From the NCBI GenBank assembly GCA_964016885.1, contig CAXHJY010000830.1, positions 186,001-250,000 on the forward strand: DNA of 64,000 nucleotides. The letters are read 5' to 3'. This document shows positions 51,249 through 64,000 of this stretch, piece after piece. Both the position numbers and the translations under genes were made by a program. Position 1 is the first letter of the stretch. Each line of letters opens with the position of its first letter. This stretch comes from Eledone cirrhosa. Its lineage: Eukaryota. The notes under the pieces are model-generated. The model saw nothing but the letters and a program-made list of their open reading frames with translations, did not search any database and was not told the origin of the DNA.

Positions 51249-54200
51249 CCGGACTGCCTGGCGCTATAAAAGACACTTTCTATGAGACACTGATGCTCAC
51301 TACCTCCCAAATATCCGACAGTGACTATATAATTATTGCTGGCGACCTAAATGGTCACGTTGGACAACATTGTGACGGCAATGATGAAATCCATGGAGGC
51401 TATGGGTTTGGTACTAGAAATGAGGAAGGCTCCAGAATCCTGGAATTCTGTGACGCAAATAACCTAACAATCTGTAACACTAACTTCAAAAAACGAGACA
51501 ATCACTTGATCACCTACAGATCAGGGGAACATACCAGCCAGGTAGATTATATCCTTACCAGAAGATGTGACAGAGTGACTGTTGTAAACACTAAATCCCT
51601 CCCCCATGAAGAATGCACCTCCCAACATAGACTGATAATTAGCGACCTCATAGTCAGGATGAGACGTCCTCGACAGCAGAAGAGGACTATCCTCAGGAGA
51701 AAAATATGGAAGCTAAAGGACCCCACAGCCAGAAATAAATTGCAAAGCATATTACTTGACGCTTTCGACAGTAAGGAAGAACATTTAGAGTCGGACAATA
51801 TAGAGGGACAGTGGGAATTCCTGAAAGCAAATCTGCTGATGGCGGCAGACGAAGTCTGTGGCTGGAGCAGGCCTATAGGCAGGAGGAGAGTAACATGGTG
51901 GTGGAACAGTAAGGTGGAGGAGTCGATTAAGGCCAAAAAGCAGGCTTGGAAAATATGGCGGGATGGGGGAAGTAGAGAAGACTATCAAGTGGCCAGGAGG
52001 GAAGCTAGGAGACAAGTGTACTTTGCAAGAAGGGAGGCAGAGGAAAGAAAGTTCAAGCATGTTCTACAACGCGAGGACAAAAAACGTGAGGTGTTCAGGA
52101 TTGCTAGGCAATGTGTCAAGGAAAACCGTGATATTGTTGGGGAGAAGTGTGTACTAAATGATGATGGCATACTCGCCATCACTGACGCTGATAAGAAGGT
52201 CGCTTGGAAGTGTAACTACGAGAGGCTACTAAATGAGTAGAATAAATGGTAGAAGGATAGTCTCCCCCAGATCGATCCAATAGAGGGACCAGCAGTGTTA
52301 GTTGAAGGTAGTATAATAAGTAAGGCGATCAAAGATATGAAGACGAGTAAGGCGGCTGGGCCTTCGGAAATAGTCGCTGAGATGCTGAAGGCCTCTGGAA
52401 CGGTGGGACACACCATGGTCACCCGGATAGTAAACCAAGTCATACAGAATGGGGTTGTTCTGAAGGACTGGCGTAGCAGCATCATCATTAACTGTTACAA
52501 GGGTAAAGGAGACGCCCTAGATAGGAGTAACTATAGAGGGATTAAATTAATCGACAAAGGTCATGAAGGTCACGGAAAAAGTAATAGTGCAACTAATCAG
52601 AGAGAGAATCGATCTAGATGAAATGCAGTTCGGGTTTGTGTCAGGCAAAAGTACCACAGACGCTCTTTTCATTGTACGACAACTACAGGAGAAGTACCTA
52701 GCTAAAAGTAAACCCCTATACTTAGCTTTTGTTGACTTGGAGAAAGCCTTCGACAGAGTCCCCCGTTCCATTATCTGGTGGGCTCTTAGAAAACTAGGTG
52801 TTGACGAATGGCTTGTGAGAGCTATACAAGCCATGTATAAAGAAACAGTCAGCAAGGTTAGAATTAACAACGAATATAGTGAAGAGTTTAGCGTAAAAGT
52901 TGGCGTCCATCAGGGCTCTGTTCTCAGCCCCCTACTATTTATTATTGCCCTTCAGGCTATAACAGAGGAGTTCTAGACCGGCTGCCCATGGGAACTCCTA
53001 TACGCAGACGACCTGACACTCATAGCTGAATCAATGGCCGAGCTAGAGAAGAAATTCCAAACATGGAAGCACGGCCTAGAATCAAAAGGACTTAAAATTA
53101 ACCTGGCTAAGACTAAAGTTCTAGTTTGTAGGAAAGAAAATAAGACGGCGGTCCCTTCTGGGAAATGGTCGTGCTCGGTGTGTAGGAAAGGCGTAGGTAG
53201 AAACTCCATTTTATGTCCTAAATGCAAAGTATGGGTGCACAAAAGATGTAGTGGGATCACAGGTAAGCTAAGAACATAGATTTTACATGTGGCCGGTGCT
53301 CTGGTGCAATAAGTAGCAGCAAGTGCCCACAAAATACTAGCTCTTTCAATTGCGCAGAGGGTTCTATAGAAATAGTGGACAGCTTCCGCTACCTGGGTGA
53401 CAAAATCAGCAGTGAGGGAGTGTGCTCTGAAAGTACAGTAGCTAGAGTCAGAACTGGTTGGAAAAAGTTCAGAGAGCTTATACCACTATTAGCTGCTAAA
53501 GGGTTCTCCCTAAAAATGAAAGGCAGGTTGTACGATGCCTGCATACGAACAGCAATGTTGCATGGCAGTGAGACCTAGGCATTGTGTGCAGAGGATATAC
53601 GCAGACTAGAGAGGAACGAAGCTTGCATGCTCCGCTGGATGTGTAACAGTTATATACGTGAACGGCAAAGCATAAACGAACTAAGGAAAAAATTAGATAT
53701 AAGAGGGATCAGATGTTGTTTATTCGAGAGAAAACTACGTTGGTATGAACACGTGATGCGCATGAAAGTCGATAGCTGTATAACAAAGTGCAGGGCAATA
53801 AAGATAGACGGTAGCCACGGAATAGGCAGACCTAGAAAAACCTGGGACGAGCTGATAAACTCCCGACCTCACACACTTACACCTCTCCAAGACAATGTCA
53901 CTGGACCGAGACCTTTGGCAGTACTCAGTAACAGAGAAGACCCGCCTTACCTAAATACATAGTAAAACCTACTACAGCCAGTAGGCATCTCTAACAAAAT
54001 ACACCCCGTCCCACCACCACCACCCCCACCCCATCCACACCACGCCGTTCTATGTAAAGTTATGTTGGTGCCGCGCCATCCAGGCCGAAACAAATGAGAT
54101 CGTGTAGGTGTCACGACAAAAAAAACACACAGTCCACGCTGTAATGTGGCCGTGTAGGCAACACGGTAAAAACCTCCCAGACCCACACTGTAAATGTGGT

Positions 54201-54354
54201 TGGTGTTAGGAAGGGCATCCAACTGTATAAAACCAGCCAGACAGTCCTATGCGAGCAAGACAATCACTCTTGCCTCAAGTGGGACTACCCCCGTCCAAAC
54301 CCATGCAAGCGTGGAACACGGACGTTAAACGTTGATGATGATGATGATGATGAT
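51249..54354 (+). mobile_element. RTE-clade LINE, subfamily A, longest copy (partial APE + RT), disrupted
   Basis: [38 protein letters not shown], then RT motifs; stops at ~52238, 52974 and 53576 plus frameshifts; (GAT)n tail. Confidence 0.97.
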
Positions 54355-54766
54355 ATACATATCTATATATATATACATATCTATACATATATATACATAT
54401 CTATATATATATATACGTATCTATATATATATATACATATATATACATATATATACATATATATACATATATATACATATCTACACATATATATACATAT
54501 CTATATATACATACATATCTACACATATATATACATATCTATATATACATACATATCTATATATATATACATATATATACATATATACATATATACATAT
54601 GTATATATATATACATATATATACATATCTATATATATATACATATATATACATATCTATATATATATACATATATATACATATATATATACATATATAT
54701 ACATATATATATACATATATATACATATATATATACATATATATACATATCTCTATATATATAAAT
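54355..54766. repeat. TA/TACA/TATC microsatellite between two tail-to-tail RTE ends
   Basis: Direct reading. Confidence 0.98.
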
Positions 54767-55119
54767 ATCATCATCATCATCATCATCATCACCGTTTTAC
54801 GTCCGTTCTTCCACGCTAGCATGGGTTAGACGAGTTGTCCTGTTGTGTGCAGTGTCTGGTCGGCTGACCATGCCTTGCTCATACAGGAACTGATCTGGCT
54901 TGATTTCTACAGCTGGATACAGCTGGATGCCCTTCCTAACACCAACCTCATTTACAGTGAGTGCTGGGTGCTTTTTCGTGGCGCCTACACGTCCACTTTA
55001 CAGTGTGGGCTGGGTGCTTTTTTGCCGTGGTGCCTCCACGACCACCTTGCGGTGGGGGGTGTGGGGGCATATTGTTTATATGCTTCAGCATGTACCCATG
55101 GGAGGTCGGGTACTCTGTA
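54767..55119 (-). mobile_element. RTE subfamily B 3' UTR fragment
   Basis: Near-identical to 12466-12800; internal duplication tacagctgga x2. Confidence 0.95.
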
Positions 55120-55866
55120 TTACATATATATATACATATATATACATATATATAGATATATATACACATATATATACACATATATATATACATATATATA
55201 CATATATATAGATATATATACACATATATATACACATATATATATACATATATATACATATATATATATACATATATATATACATATATATATACATATA
55301 TATACGCATATATATATATACATATATATACACATATATATATACATATATACACATATATATATACATATATATACACACATATATACATATATATACA
55401 CATATATATACATATATATACATATATATACATATATATACACATATATATATACATATATACACATATATATATACATATATATATACATATATATACA
55501 CACATATATACATATATATACACATATATATACATATATATATAAATATATATACACATATATATACATATATATACACATATATATACATATATATACA
55601 CATATATATACATATATATACACATATATATACATATATATAGATATATATACACATATATATACACATATATATATACATATATATATATACATATATA
55701 TATACATATATATATATACATATATATATACATATATATATACATATATATATACATATATATACACATATATATATATACATATATATACACATATATA
55801 TATACATATATACACATATATATATACATATATATACACACATATATACATATATATACACATATA
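55120..55866. repeat. TA/CA compound microsatellite
   Basis: Direct reading. Confidence 0.99.
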
Positions 55867-55907
55867 TATGAAATATAAGAATCAAAGAACTGTTCAAAAC
55901 ATTATTG

Positions 55908-55954
55908 TGCTTACAGCTGTTTCCTCCAAACCGAGGTTTGGATTCTTCGGAGCA
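55908..55954 (-). ncRNA. Minimal hammerhead ribozyme variant in the 3' pLTR
   Basis: tgct-CCGAAGA-a-tccaaac-ctcg-gtttgga-g-GAAA-CAGCTG-TA-agca. Confidence 0.75.
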
Positions 55955-57397
55955 ATTTATTAATGCATGGACAGTTATATGACCTCCTTTTCAGCCGAGA
56001 GACATACCAATACATATTCAAACATTGATACATATTCAAACATTGTGGGTCAACATTCATTACAAAATTTAGAGTGGCAGTACACACTTCGAGATTACAT
56101 TTATATTAATAGGTACAATCAAAAATCAAAGATATAGGTTAAAGTACAACATGAAGATAAGTGGTTATATAGTGCAAATGTTATATGTGTGGCACGCATG
56201 TGCGTCTTGTTTATATAGTGTGGCAGAGAGATATGTGTGGTAGAGGCACTTAGGTAGGTAAATAAGAGTGTTAGGTTGGTAGATCTGGTGGCAAAGTTTT
56301 TATATGATTGATGTAGTCTGTGTGTGGAGAAATATTATAAACATTAAAGATAGTGCAAGCATTAAAAGTGTTATAAGTATTGGAGATGCACAACGCAGGG
56401 ATGTCACGTAATTCATGTACTTCGGCATTTTCATGGTCCAGGGAGTGTATATTTCGATTATATGCCTTTCACATAATCCACGACAATCCAGTTAGAGATC
56501 GTAGTCTGGTGTTCCTTAGTTCGATACAGGAGGTTGTTACGTTTCGAGAGACGCCATTGAATACCGGAAGTGTGTGTGTGGCTAAGGGGAGTTAATGCAT
56601 GCGGGGAGGTAACTCTGGGGTTTCTATATCTAGCCATTAAAATGTGTCCCAATATGGACCCTAAATTCTATGGTGAGGTGCACCTTCCAAGAGAGACTTT
56701 TAAAGCATAAAGTGTACTAACTATAGAGTAGTTTAACTAAATTATGCTGAAGGAGATCATATTATTATTAAGGTGGATTAACCCATCTTAAGGTGCTACA
56801 AATGGAAATTATAGATGATGAGCGAGGATTCTAAATTAATGATCTCTGTGGTTGTAGTCTGCTCATATGACCAGGCGCGGTGATTGCAGGATTGCTTCAG
56901 GACCCAATGATCTCTGGTAAGATCTGGGTCATCGCTTGCTACATTGGATGTCGAAAGATGATCGTCCCCAGGCAGGCCAAAGGTCAATCCGCAGTCCTCG
57001 CGACCCCTCTCTGACCGTCAGATCATCCATATACGTACAACCCGCACGGCAGTTGCATTGCATTCACTCACTGCGCTCAGCAGCCCGGTCCTACTGGTCA
57101 ACAGCGCTACTCGATTAAATCATTTTACATCTGTCTAAGGAAGGTGTTTCCTCTGCCCAACACCATCCAACCGATCGATTCATGCTCAAATTACCCTTAG
57201 AGCGGTGTAGTGCCGTCCAGGTGGGTGGATGTTGTCACACCTGCCGTAGAGGTATAAATGGGTATTTTCCCTGCGAAGGGTTCCAGAGGGATGTCGTTGT
57301 TTGTGTTATAATGGATCAGCTAGTGTTGGGTATGTAGTATAGGGTGTGTCTCTGGTGTTTGATGCTAGATGTGGTGTTAGGTTCCAGTCCGACATTG

Positions 57398-58867
57398 CTA
57401 TATATAGGGCTTAAAGTTTTGGAAGGAATGTCTGAGGCGGTGCTGGCAAGTTGCAAACACCTCAGATTTTTTGTTAAGTAGGTTACGGTTGGAGAAGATA
57501 ATATTGTGTGTCTCTAGTATACAGAGGTTACAGAATTTATTAGGTGGTTTGTACGAGGTCGCGCTGCCTATCACTTCCCATTTGAGTGTGTATGGTTTAT
57601 TTTTAGATTTTAGATAGTGTATGTAGCTAGAAAGTGAGGTGGAGTTGGCTAGGCTGTGCTTTTTGAATGAGTGGATGTGCGAGTTATATCTAATTTTGAA
57701 GCAGTTAGAAGTGGAGCCTACATAGGTTTCTGAAGAGTTATTAGTCGTGACTGTGCATGAGTATATGACATCCTTGGTTAGGCATTTTTTATCTAAAGGG
57801 CAGGTTCTATTAGCTCTACAGTTACAATTATTCTGTGCGTTAGTCCGCTGGTTATAATGCAATGCGGAAGTCTGTGTGGTGGATATAGGATTTTGGGTGT
57901 TCAGGTTGACAACCCTGGTGTTATTACTTATACTAGTGTTATTTCTATTGTTACTGCCGTTGCTATTGTTGCTTGCTACAGTGGTATTTAGAGGGTTTGC
58001 ATCCCGTTGTGATTTTGTTTGTTGGAAGTAAGAACTAATTTTACTATTATTGCTGCTAGCTATGTGGTATGCTAAGTTAGGCGTCGTAGAGTATGAGATT
58101 TTAATGGTGTTTTTGTTTAAGAGGTTGTGGTACTTGTGTCCTAGAGGGAAGTTTTTATCTAGTAGTGAGAAGAAAACCCTAGGTATGTTGGTGGAGACAT
58201 TTAGGTTGAAAGGAGGGTTGAAAAATGTATTATTTCTTCTTCTATTTTTGCTTTTAGTGTTTGGTGTGTTGCTTCCTCCTAAGGCCTCACAGTAGTTTCC
58301 ATGGTAATGGTTACTTCCGGTGGCACCCTCCGCTTTGGTGTACTTGTGGTTGCTATTCCTATTATTAGATTTCCTCATGGACATGTTGTGCGAGATGATG
58401 TTGTAGCTATGTGTTTTCTTAGGTAGGAACTCTATTTCTATATTATGGCCGGAGCTAGCTAATGCTTGATTGTAATATTGTGAGTTTTTGCTAAATATGT
58501 TTGCGTCATAGGACAGACTAGAGATTCTATTGGACACCCCCTTAGAGATAGAGTTTAATATTGATCTAGGGTGATTAGACTTGGTATCTACGTAAATAAG
58601 TTTCTCATTAGGCTTATGGAAAGGTGTATATATTTTTGAGTCTAGGTATAGTGTGGCGTCTAGGAAGTTAACATTTTTAGTGTTTTTGTCCATGGTGATA
58701 CTAAGGTTAAAGTTTTTGAATGTCTTATGCAGTTGTTTTCTAGTTCTTTCTATATTAAATTTTTTATATTCTATGAGTAGAAGTGCATCATCGCGGTACA
58801 AACCACCGTTGAGGTAAGGGAGGTCTTTATGGATTTCATTGAGGAGGTATAGGCCGACCAAATCACA
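57398..58867 (-). CDS. PLE ORF: C-terminal RT plus GIY-YIG endonuclease
   Basis: GLYRDDALL, VNFLDATL, KSNHP, FFNPPFN, KISYSTTPN, CNCRANRTCPLDKKC, VIY..YVGST..RYNSH, CNLC..E, CQHR; the track's first 9 aa come from the inverted repeat. Confidence 0.95.
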   Translation of the reverse strand, partial: CDLVGLYLLNEIHKDLPYLNGGLYRDDALLLIEYKKFNIERTRKQLHKTFKNFNLSITMDKNTKNVNFLDATLYLDSKIYTPFHKPNEKLIYVDTKSNHPRSILNSISKGVSNRISSLSYDANIFSKNSQYYNQALASSGHNIEIEFLPKKTHSYNIISHNMSMRKSNNRNSNHKYTKAEGATGSNHYHGNYCEALGGSNTPNTKSKNRRRNNTFFNPPFNLNVSTNIPRVFFSLLDKNFPLGHKYHNLLNKNTIKISYSTTPNLAYHIASSNNSKISSYFQQTKSQRDANPLNTTVASNNSNGSNNRNNTSISNNTRVVNLNTQNPISTTQTSALHYNQRTNAQNNCNCRANRTCPLDKKCLTKDVIYSCTVTTNNSSETYVGSTSNCFKIRYNSHIHSFKKHSLANSTSLSSYIHYLKSKNKPYTLKWEVIGSATSYKPPNKFCNLCILETHNIIFSNRNLLNKKSEVFATCQHRLRHSFQNFKPYI

Positions 58868-58906
58868 TGAAAAGGAGGTCATATAACTGTCCATGCATTA
58901 ATAAAT

Positions 58907-58953
58907 TGCTCCGAAGAATCCAAACCTCGGTTTGGAGGAAACAGCTGTAAGCA
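58907..58953 (+). ncRNA. Inverted copy of the pLTR hammerhead
   Basis: Identical to the reverse complement of 55908-55954; predicted GUA cleavage after 58949. Confidence 0.75.
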
Positions 58954-59157
58954 CAATAATGTTTTGAACAGTTCTTTGATTCTTATATTTCATATAACTG
59001 CTCTGTAAATCATCTGATGTTTTTACATTGAGCTACTTAACTTACTGGTAATAAGGTAGTAATACATTACTGCCTACCACTATTTAGGGTGTGTGTAAAA
59101 TACTTACAACTGCTTAAGGTTTTGTGTTTACATAACCATAAATAGTATAACTAATAC

Positions 59158-59627
59158 TATACACATATATATACATATATATACATATATATACACATAT
59201 ATATATACATATATACACATATATATATACATATATATATACATATATATACACACATATATACATATATATACACATATATATACATATATATATAAAT
59301 ATATATACACATATATATACATATATATACACATATATACATGTATATACATATATATATACGTATATATACATATATATATACATATATATACACATAT
59401 ATATACATGTATATACATATATATATACATATATATACATGTATATACATATATATATACATATATATACATGTATATACATATATATATACATATATAT
59501 ACATGTATATACATACATATATATACATATATATACATGTATATACATACATATATATACATATATATATACATATATATATACATATATATAGACATAT
59601 ATATATACAATATATATACACATATAT

Positions 59628-59684
<57 letters not shown>

Positions 59685-59866
59685 CATATATATATACATA
59701 TATACATATATATATACATATATACATATATATATACATATATACATATATATATACATATATATATACATATATACATATATATATACATATATACATA
59801 TATATATACATATATACATATATATATACATATATATATACATATATACATATATATATACATATC
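59158..59866. repeat. TA/TACA microsatellite
   Basis: Direct reading. Confidence 0.99.
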
Positions 59867-60235
59867 GCCTTCAAGATACACCCAAGGCTTGGGCCCCGTG
59901 CTATCCGTCCCATTCAAAAATCTAAATCGCAACTCATAACAACAATACGGCACAATTATTTCACCTCAATCGGCCCTGCTCTCTTCAACATCACACCAGG
60001 ACACGTCAAAACAGAAACTGACCACTGAAAATTCAAGAAGTCTTTGGACAAATTCCTCCAAGTAATCCCGGACAAACCACCCACACCCGGATATGTCTCC
60101 GCAAACAGTAATTCTCTTCTCGAATGGGCCATGGTGCCCAAATCCTGAATTGAAAGACTTCGCCAGGTGGTGCTATTAAGTTAGACATGGCCTGGGCCAA
60201 TACTGGCCAAAACATTTCAAAGTTATTCAAAGTTA
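59866..60235 (+). mobile_element. 3' end of a CR1/L2-group LINE
   Basis: [45 protein letters not shown]; tail ttcaaagtta x2. Confidence 0.75.
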
Positions 60236-60314
60236 TATATACATATATATACATATATATACATATATATATATATATATACATATATATATGTATACAT
60301 ATATATATGTATAC

Positions 60315-60361
<47 letters not shown>

Positions 60362-60599
60362 CATATATATACATATATATACATATATATACATATATAT
60401 ACATATATATACATATATATATATATATATACATATATATACATACATATATATATATATATACATATATATACATATATATATATATACATATATATAT
60501 ACATATATATATACATACATATATACATACATATATATATACATATACATGTATATATACATATACATATATATATACATATACAAATATATGTACATA

Positions 60600-60631
<32 letters not shown>

Positions 60632-60632
60632 C

Positions 60633-60695
<63 letters not shown>

Positions 60696-60750
60696 CATAT
60701 ATATATATACATATATATATATACATATATATATATATACATATATATAC

Positions 60751-60805
<55 letters not shown>

Positions 60806-60852
60806 CATATATATATACACATATATATATATATATACATATATATATACAC

Positions 60853-60950
<98 letters not shown>

Positions 60951-60968
60951 ATATATATACATATATAT

Positions 60969-61027
<59 letters not shown>

Positions 61028-61101
61028 CATATATATATACATATATACATATATATAAATATATATACATATCTATATATATATACATATATATATACAT
61101 A

Positions 61102-61138
<37 letters not shown>

Positions 61139-61336
61139 CTATATCTATATATATATACATATATATACATATATATACATATCTATACATATATATACAT
61201 ATCTATATATATATATACATATCTATATATATATACATATATCTCTATATATATACATATCTCTATATATATACATATCTCTATATATATACATATCTCT
61301 ATGTATATACATATATATACATATATATATATATAT
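60235..61336. repeat. TA/TACA/TATC microsatellite
   Basis: Direct reading. Confidence 0.99.
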
Positions 61337-61381
61337 GAAAAAGAACACAAGAGCGTCTACAACATCAAAAGATTTTTATTG

Positions 61382-61426
61382 GCTTACAATGTTTCTTCCT
61401 TACGTAACCGTAGGATTCGTCAGAGC
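61382..61426 (-). ncRNA. Minimal hammerhead ribozyme
   Basis: gct-CTGACGA-a-tcctacg-gtta-cgtaagga-a-GAAA-CATTG-TA-agc. Confidence 0.75.
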
Positions 61427-62626
61427 TGTAAAAGGGGTTTGATTGGTGTTATGGACTCTACCAACCAAACATTCAAGATCAAAGAGTAAAGAGAGTAAAG
61501 AGCAAAAGTAGGGGACGATAAGTCTAATTTTGGTGCGGGAGGGTGGGGTGTGGGTCCTTGTTTACTAGCTGCGGTCATATTCATTCTCGGGAATCGGGTG
61601 GTTAGCTGAACCATAGATGGGGTGGCGTCGATAGTATGGTGCAGAGGGTGCGCAGAGACTGCACAAACACAAAGGGCATACAATATATATATATATATAT
61701 ATATATATAGCGGAGGAGAAAGTACATGAGGTAATTAGAAATGGAAAAAGAGTAATAATAATAATCTATAATTAATAGTGTATAATAAGGCATGGGGAAG
61801 ATTACACTATAATAGGTATAAAAGTAAGAATAAGGTAAAATATAAAGGAGGATAAAAGTGGAAATAATAAAGATAAAAAAATATATAGAGAATATATAAA
61901 GAAATATAAGCGAATATTTGGAGGGGAAAACACAATGTAAAAAAACCGATTTTTTCAAATAAAAATAAAAATATAATAATTATGGGAGGAGAAAACGGGA
62001 TAGAGTAATATGATCAAATGTGATTAGTTGAGAGAATATAAGATGATAATAGTTATGTCAAGTTTATACATCTTAATAATAAATAATCTGTGTATCAGAG
62101 TTGCAGAACCTTCAATTCACTTACGGGTTCAAGCCACGTGGCATGGTCCATTGTTTATCTGTGCGGTCATGCGCGTTTGTTTTTGACACCACAGCAGATG
62201 CACAAGTTCGTAAATTCCAATGCAGATAGAAATCTATTTTTGCTCACCTGGACATTGACGGAGGATCCAATATTCCTAGTTCAATATGTGTGTGGTGTTA
62301 TTTTGGTCGCACAAATCAATCACTTGGTTCAATATTATGGAGTATGGTTTTCTGGTCTTCGTAACAGTGTCAGTGGTTGTATATCTGGAAATTACAAGGA
62401 TCACAGTACTCCGGTTTGGTGTGATTATCGGTCATCCAGCTATGTTGTTGGTGGTTGGATTCAATTCTATTCGCCCGAACGTTGAACTTTGGTGTCGATA
62501 GGACATTAACGAGGCAGAGTGAGATCGCATCTGTGGTACAAAACGGTACGCAAGGAAATTCTTCGTCTTCGTTTCATCCGGGTCCAGCAGTCAGGTGCAA
62601 GAACCGCTACGTAGTAATTGTGGGGT

Positions 62627-62945
62627 TAATCGGTCAAGTCGGCAACTGACCGAAAATTCAGACAGGCATGACAGGCACATTTAGGTCGGCAGCTTCTTTA
62701 TGTGTACGTGTGTCCGACACACACAGACACATATTTATATGTATTTCAACTCAAAAAACTCAATTGATTCACCCACTGGTACTACAATCGGTCAAAACAG
62801 CAACTGGCCGACAATTCCCTTAGGGATTCAGACAGGCATGACAGGTATATTTAGGTCAGCAGCTTCTTTATGTGTACGTCTGTCCGATACACACAGACAC
62901 ATATCCATATGTATTTCAAAAAATTCAGTTGATTCCCCTATTGAT
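62627..62945. repeat. ~165-bp imperfect tandem duplication
   Basis: attcagacaggcatgacagg..atttaggtc.gcagcttctttatgtgtacgt.tgtccga.acacacagacacatat occurs twice. Confidence 0.9.
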
Positions 62946-63173
62946 ATTATATCTGTGTCGGTCGGATGTGCATGCTGTGGTGTTCTGGTCGTGCATAGCA
63001 TTCACTGTGTTTTGCCATTACCTTCGAATGTGATGTTATGGTCATCAATAGTCCGGCAAGCGCATTTCGCTCTTATATTGCAGAGAATGGTGTTCTGGTC
63101 CTCAGTAAGAGGGGTGGTGGTTCTCAGTTTCAACTTCGACAATACATATGTGTTACTCTGCATATCATGCTCC

Positions 63174-64000
63174 TATATATATACATATATATACATATCT
63201 ATATATATATATACATATATATACATATCTATATATATATACATATATATATACATATCTATATATATATATATATATACATATCTATATATATATATAT
63301 ATATATACATATATATATACATATCTATATATATATATATATATACATATATATATACATATCTATATATATATATATATATATACATATATATATACAT
63401 ATCTATATATATATATATATATACATATATATATACATATCTATATATATATACATATCTATATATATATATATACATATCTATATATATATACATATCT
63501 ATATATATATATATATACATATCTACATATATATATACATATCTATATACATATCTATATACATATCTATATATATATATATACATATATATATACATAT
63601 ATATATACATATATATACATATATATACATATATATATACATATATATACATATATATACATATATATATACATATATATACATATATATACATATATAT
63701 ATACATATATATACATATATATATACATATATATACATATATATACATATATATACATATATATACATATATATACATATATATATACATATATATATAC
63801 ATATATATATACATATATATATACATATATATATACATATATATATACATATATATATACATATATATACATATATATACATATATATACATATATATAT
63901 ACATATATATATACATATATATATACATATATATATACATATATATACATATATATACATATATATATACATATATATATACATATATATATATGCATAT
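63174..64000. repeat. TA/TACA/TATC microsatellite
   Basis: Direct reading. Confidence 0.99.

Larger units (their letters stand above)
55865..59158 (-). mobile_element. Penelope-like retroelement (Naiad-type), 5'-truncated, with inverted pLTR
   Basis: RT-GIY-YIG ORF, 1.4-kb 3' region, 129-bp inverted repeat 55865-55993 / 58868-58996 containing a hammerhead. Confidence 0.93.
61336..63173 (-). mobile_element. Highly degenerate Penelope-like element
   Basis: Hammerhead at the 3' end; decayed GIY-YIG trace at ~62190-62530 (CDLTLPR*CPIDTK, RSTVILVISRY, THILN*E/IGS, LSALEFTNL). Confidence 0.6.

Noticed and set aside
57398-58867. Selenocysteine (in-frame UGA) recoding, known in some Naiad PLEs
   Set aside because: The conserved cysteines are ordinary Cys codons and the ORF reads through without UGA; no UGA was seen at these positions in the other fragments either
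49980-64000. Long YIYI/MYIC/HIYT ORFs (also at 1782-2510)
   Set aside because: Translations of TA/TACA microsatellites that happen to lack stop codons; the N-terminal half of the 714-aa ORF is such an artefact fused to RTE

Overview
AT-rich eukaryotic DNA with no prokaryotic-style genes. The repeat content (tRNA-derived Meta-core SINEs, RTE LINEs with (GAT)n tails, very long TA/TACA microsatellites) suggests a coleoid cephalopod, probably Octopus; this is an inference. All recognisable protein-coding sequence belongs to transposons: several RTE LINE copies from two young subfamilies with a PHD-type finger inside the RT, a near-full CR1-group LINE, a deleted mariner, a decayed Tigger/pogo, TTAA MITEs, a non-autonomous Helitron, and four Penelope-like (Naiad-type GIY-YIG) retroelements. 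Each Penelope-like element ends in a minimal hammerhead ribozyme with a non-canonical stem II closing pair, and one has a 129-bp inverted pLTR. The unique DNA looks like introns of an unidentified minus-strand gene. The strongest non-repeat signal is a ~55-bp RNA duplex (29612-29667 with 29890-29949) covering a candidate exon. Its G-U wobbles work only on the minus strand, and it has one A-C mismatch, so it resembles an ADAR editing-site/ECS structure. Several long AG-free acceptors followed by short stop-terminated frames may be an array of alternative last exons, but this is weakly supported. The long YIYI/CVCV ORFs are microsatellite artefacts. All alignments were done by eye and element boundaries are approximate.
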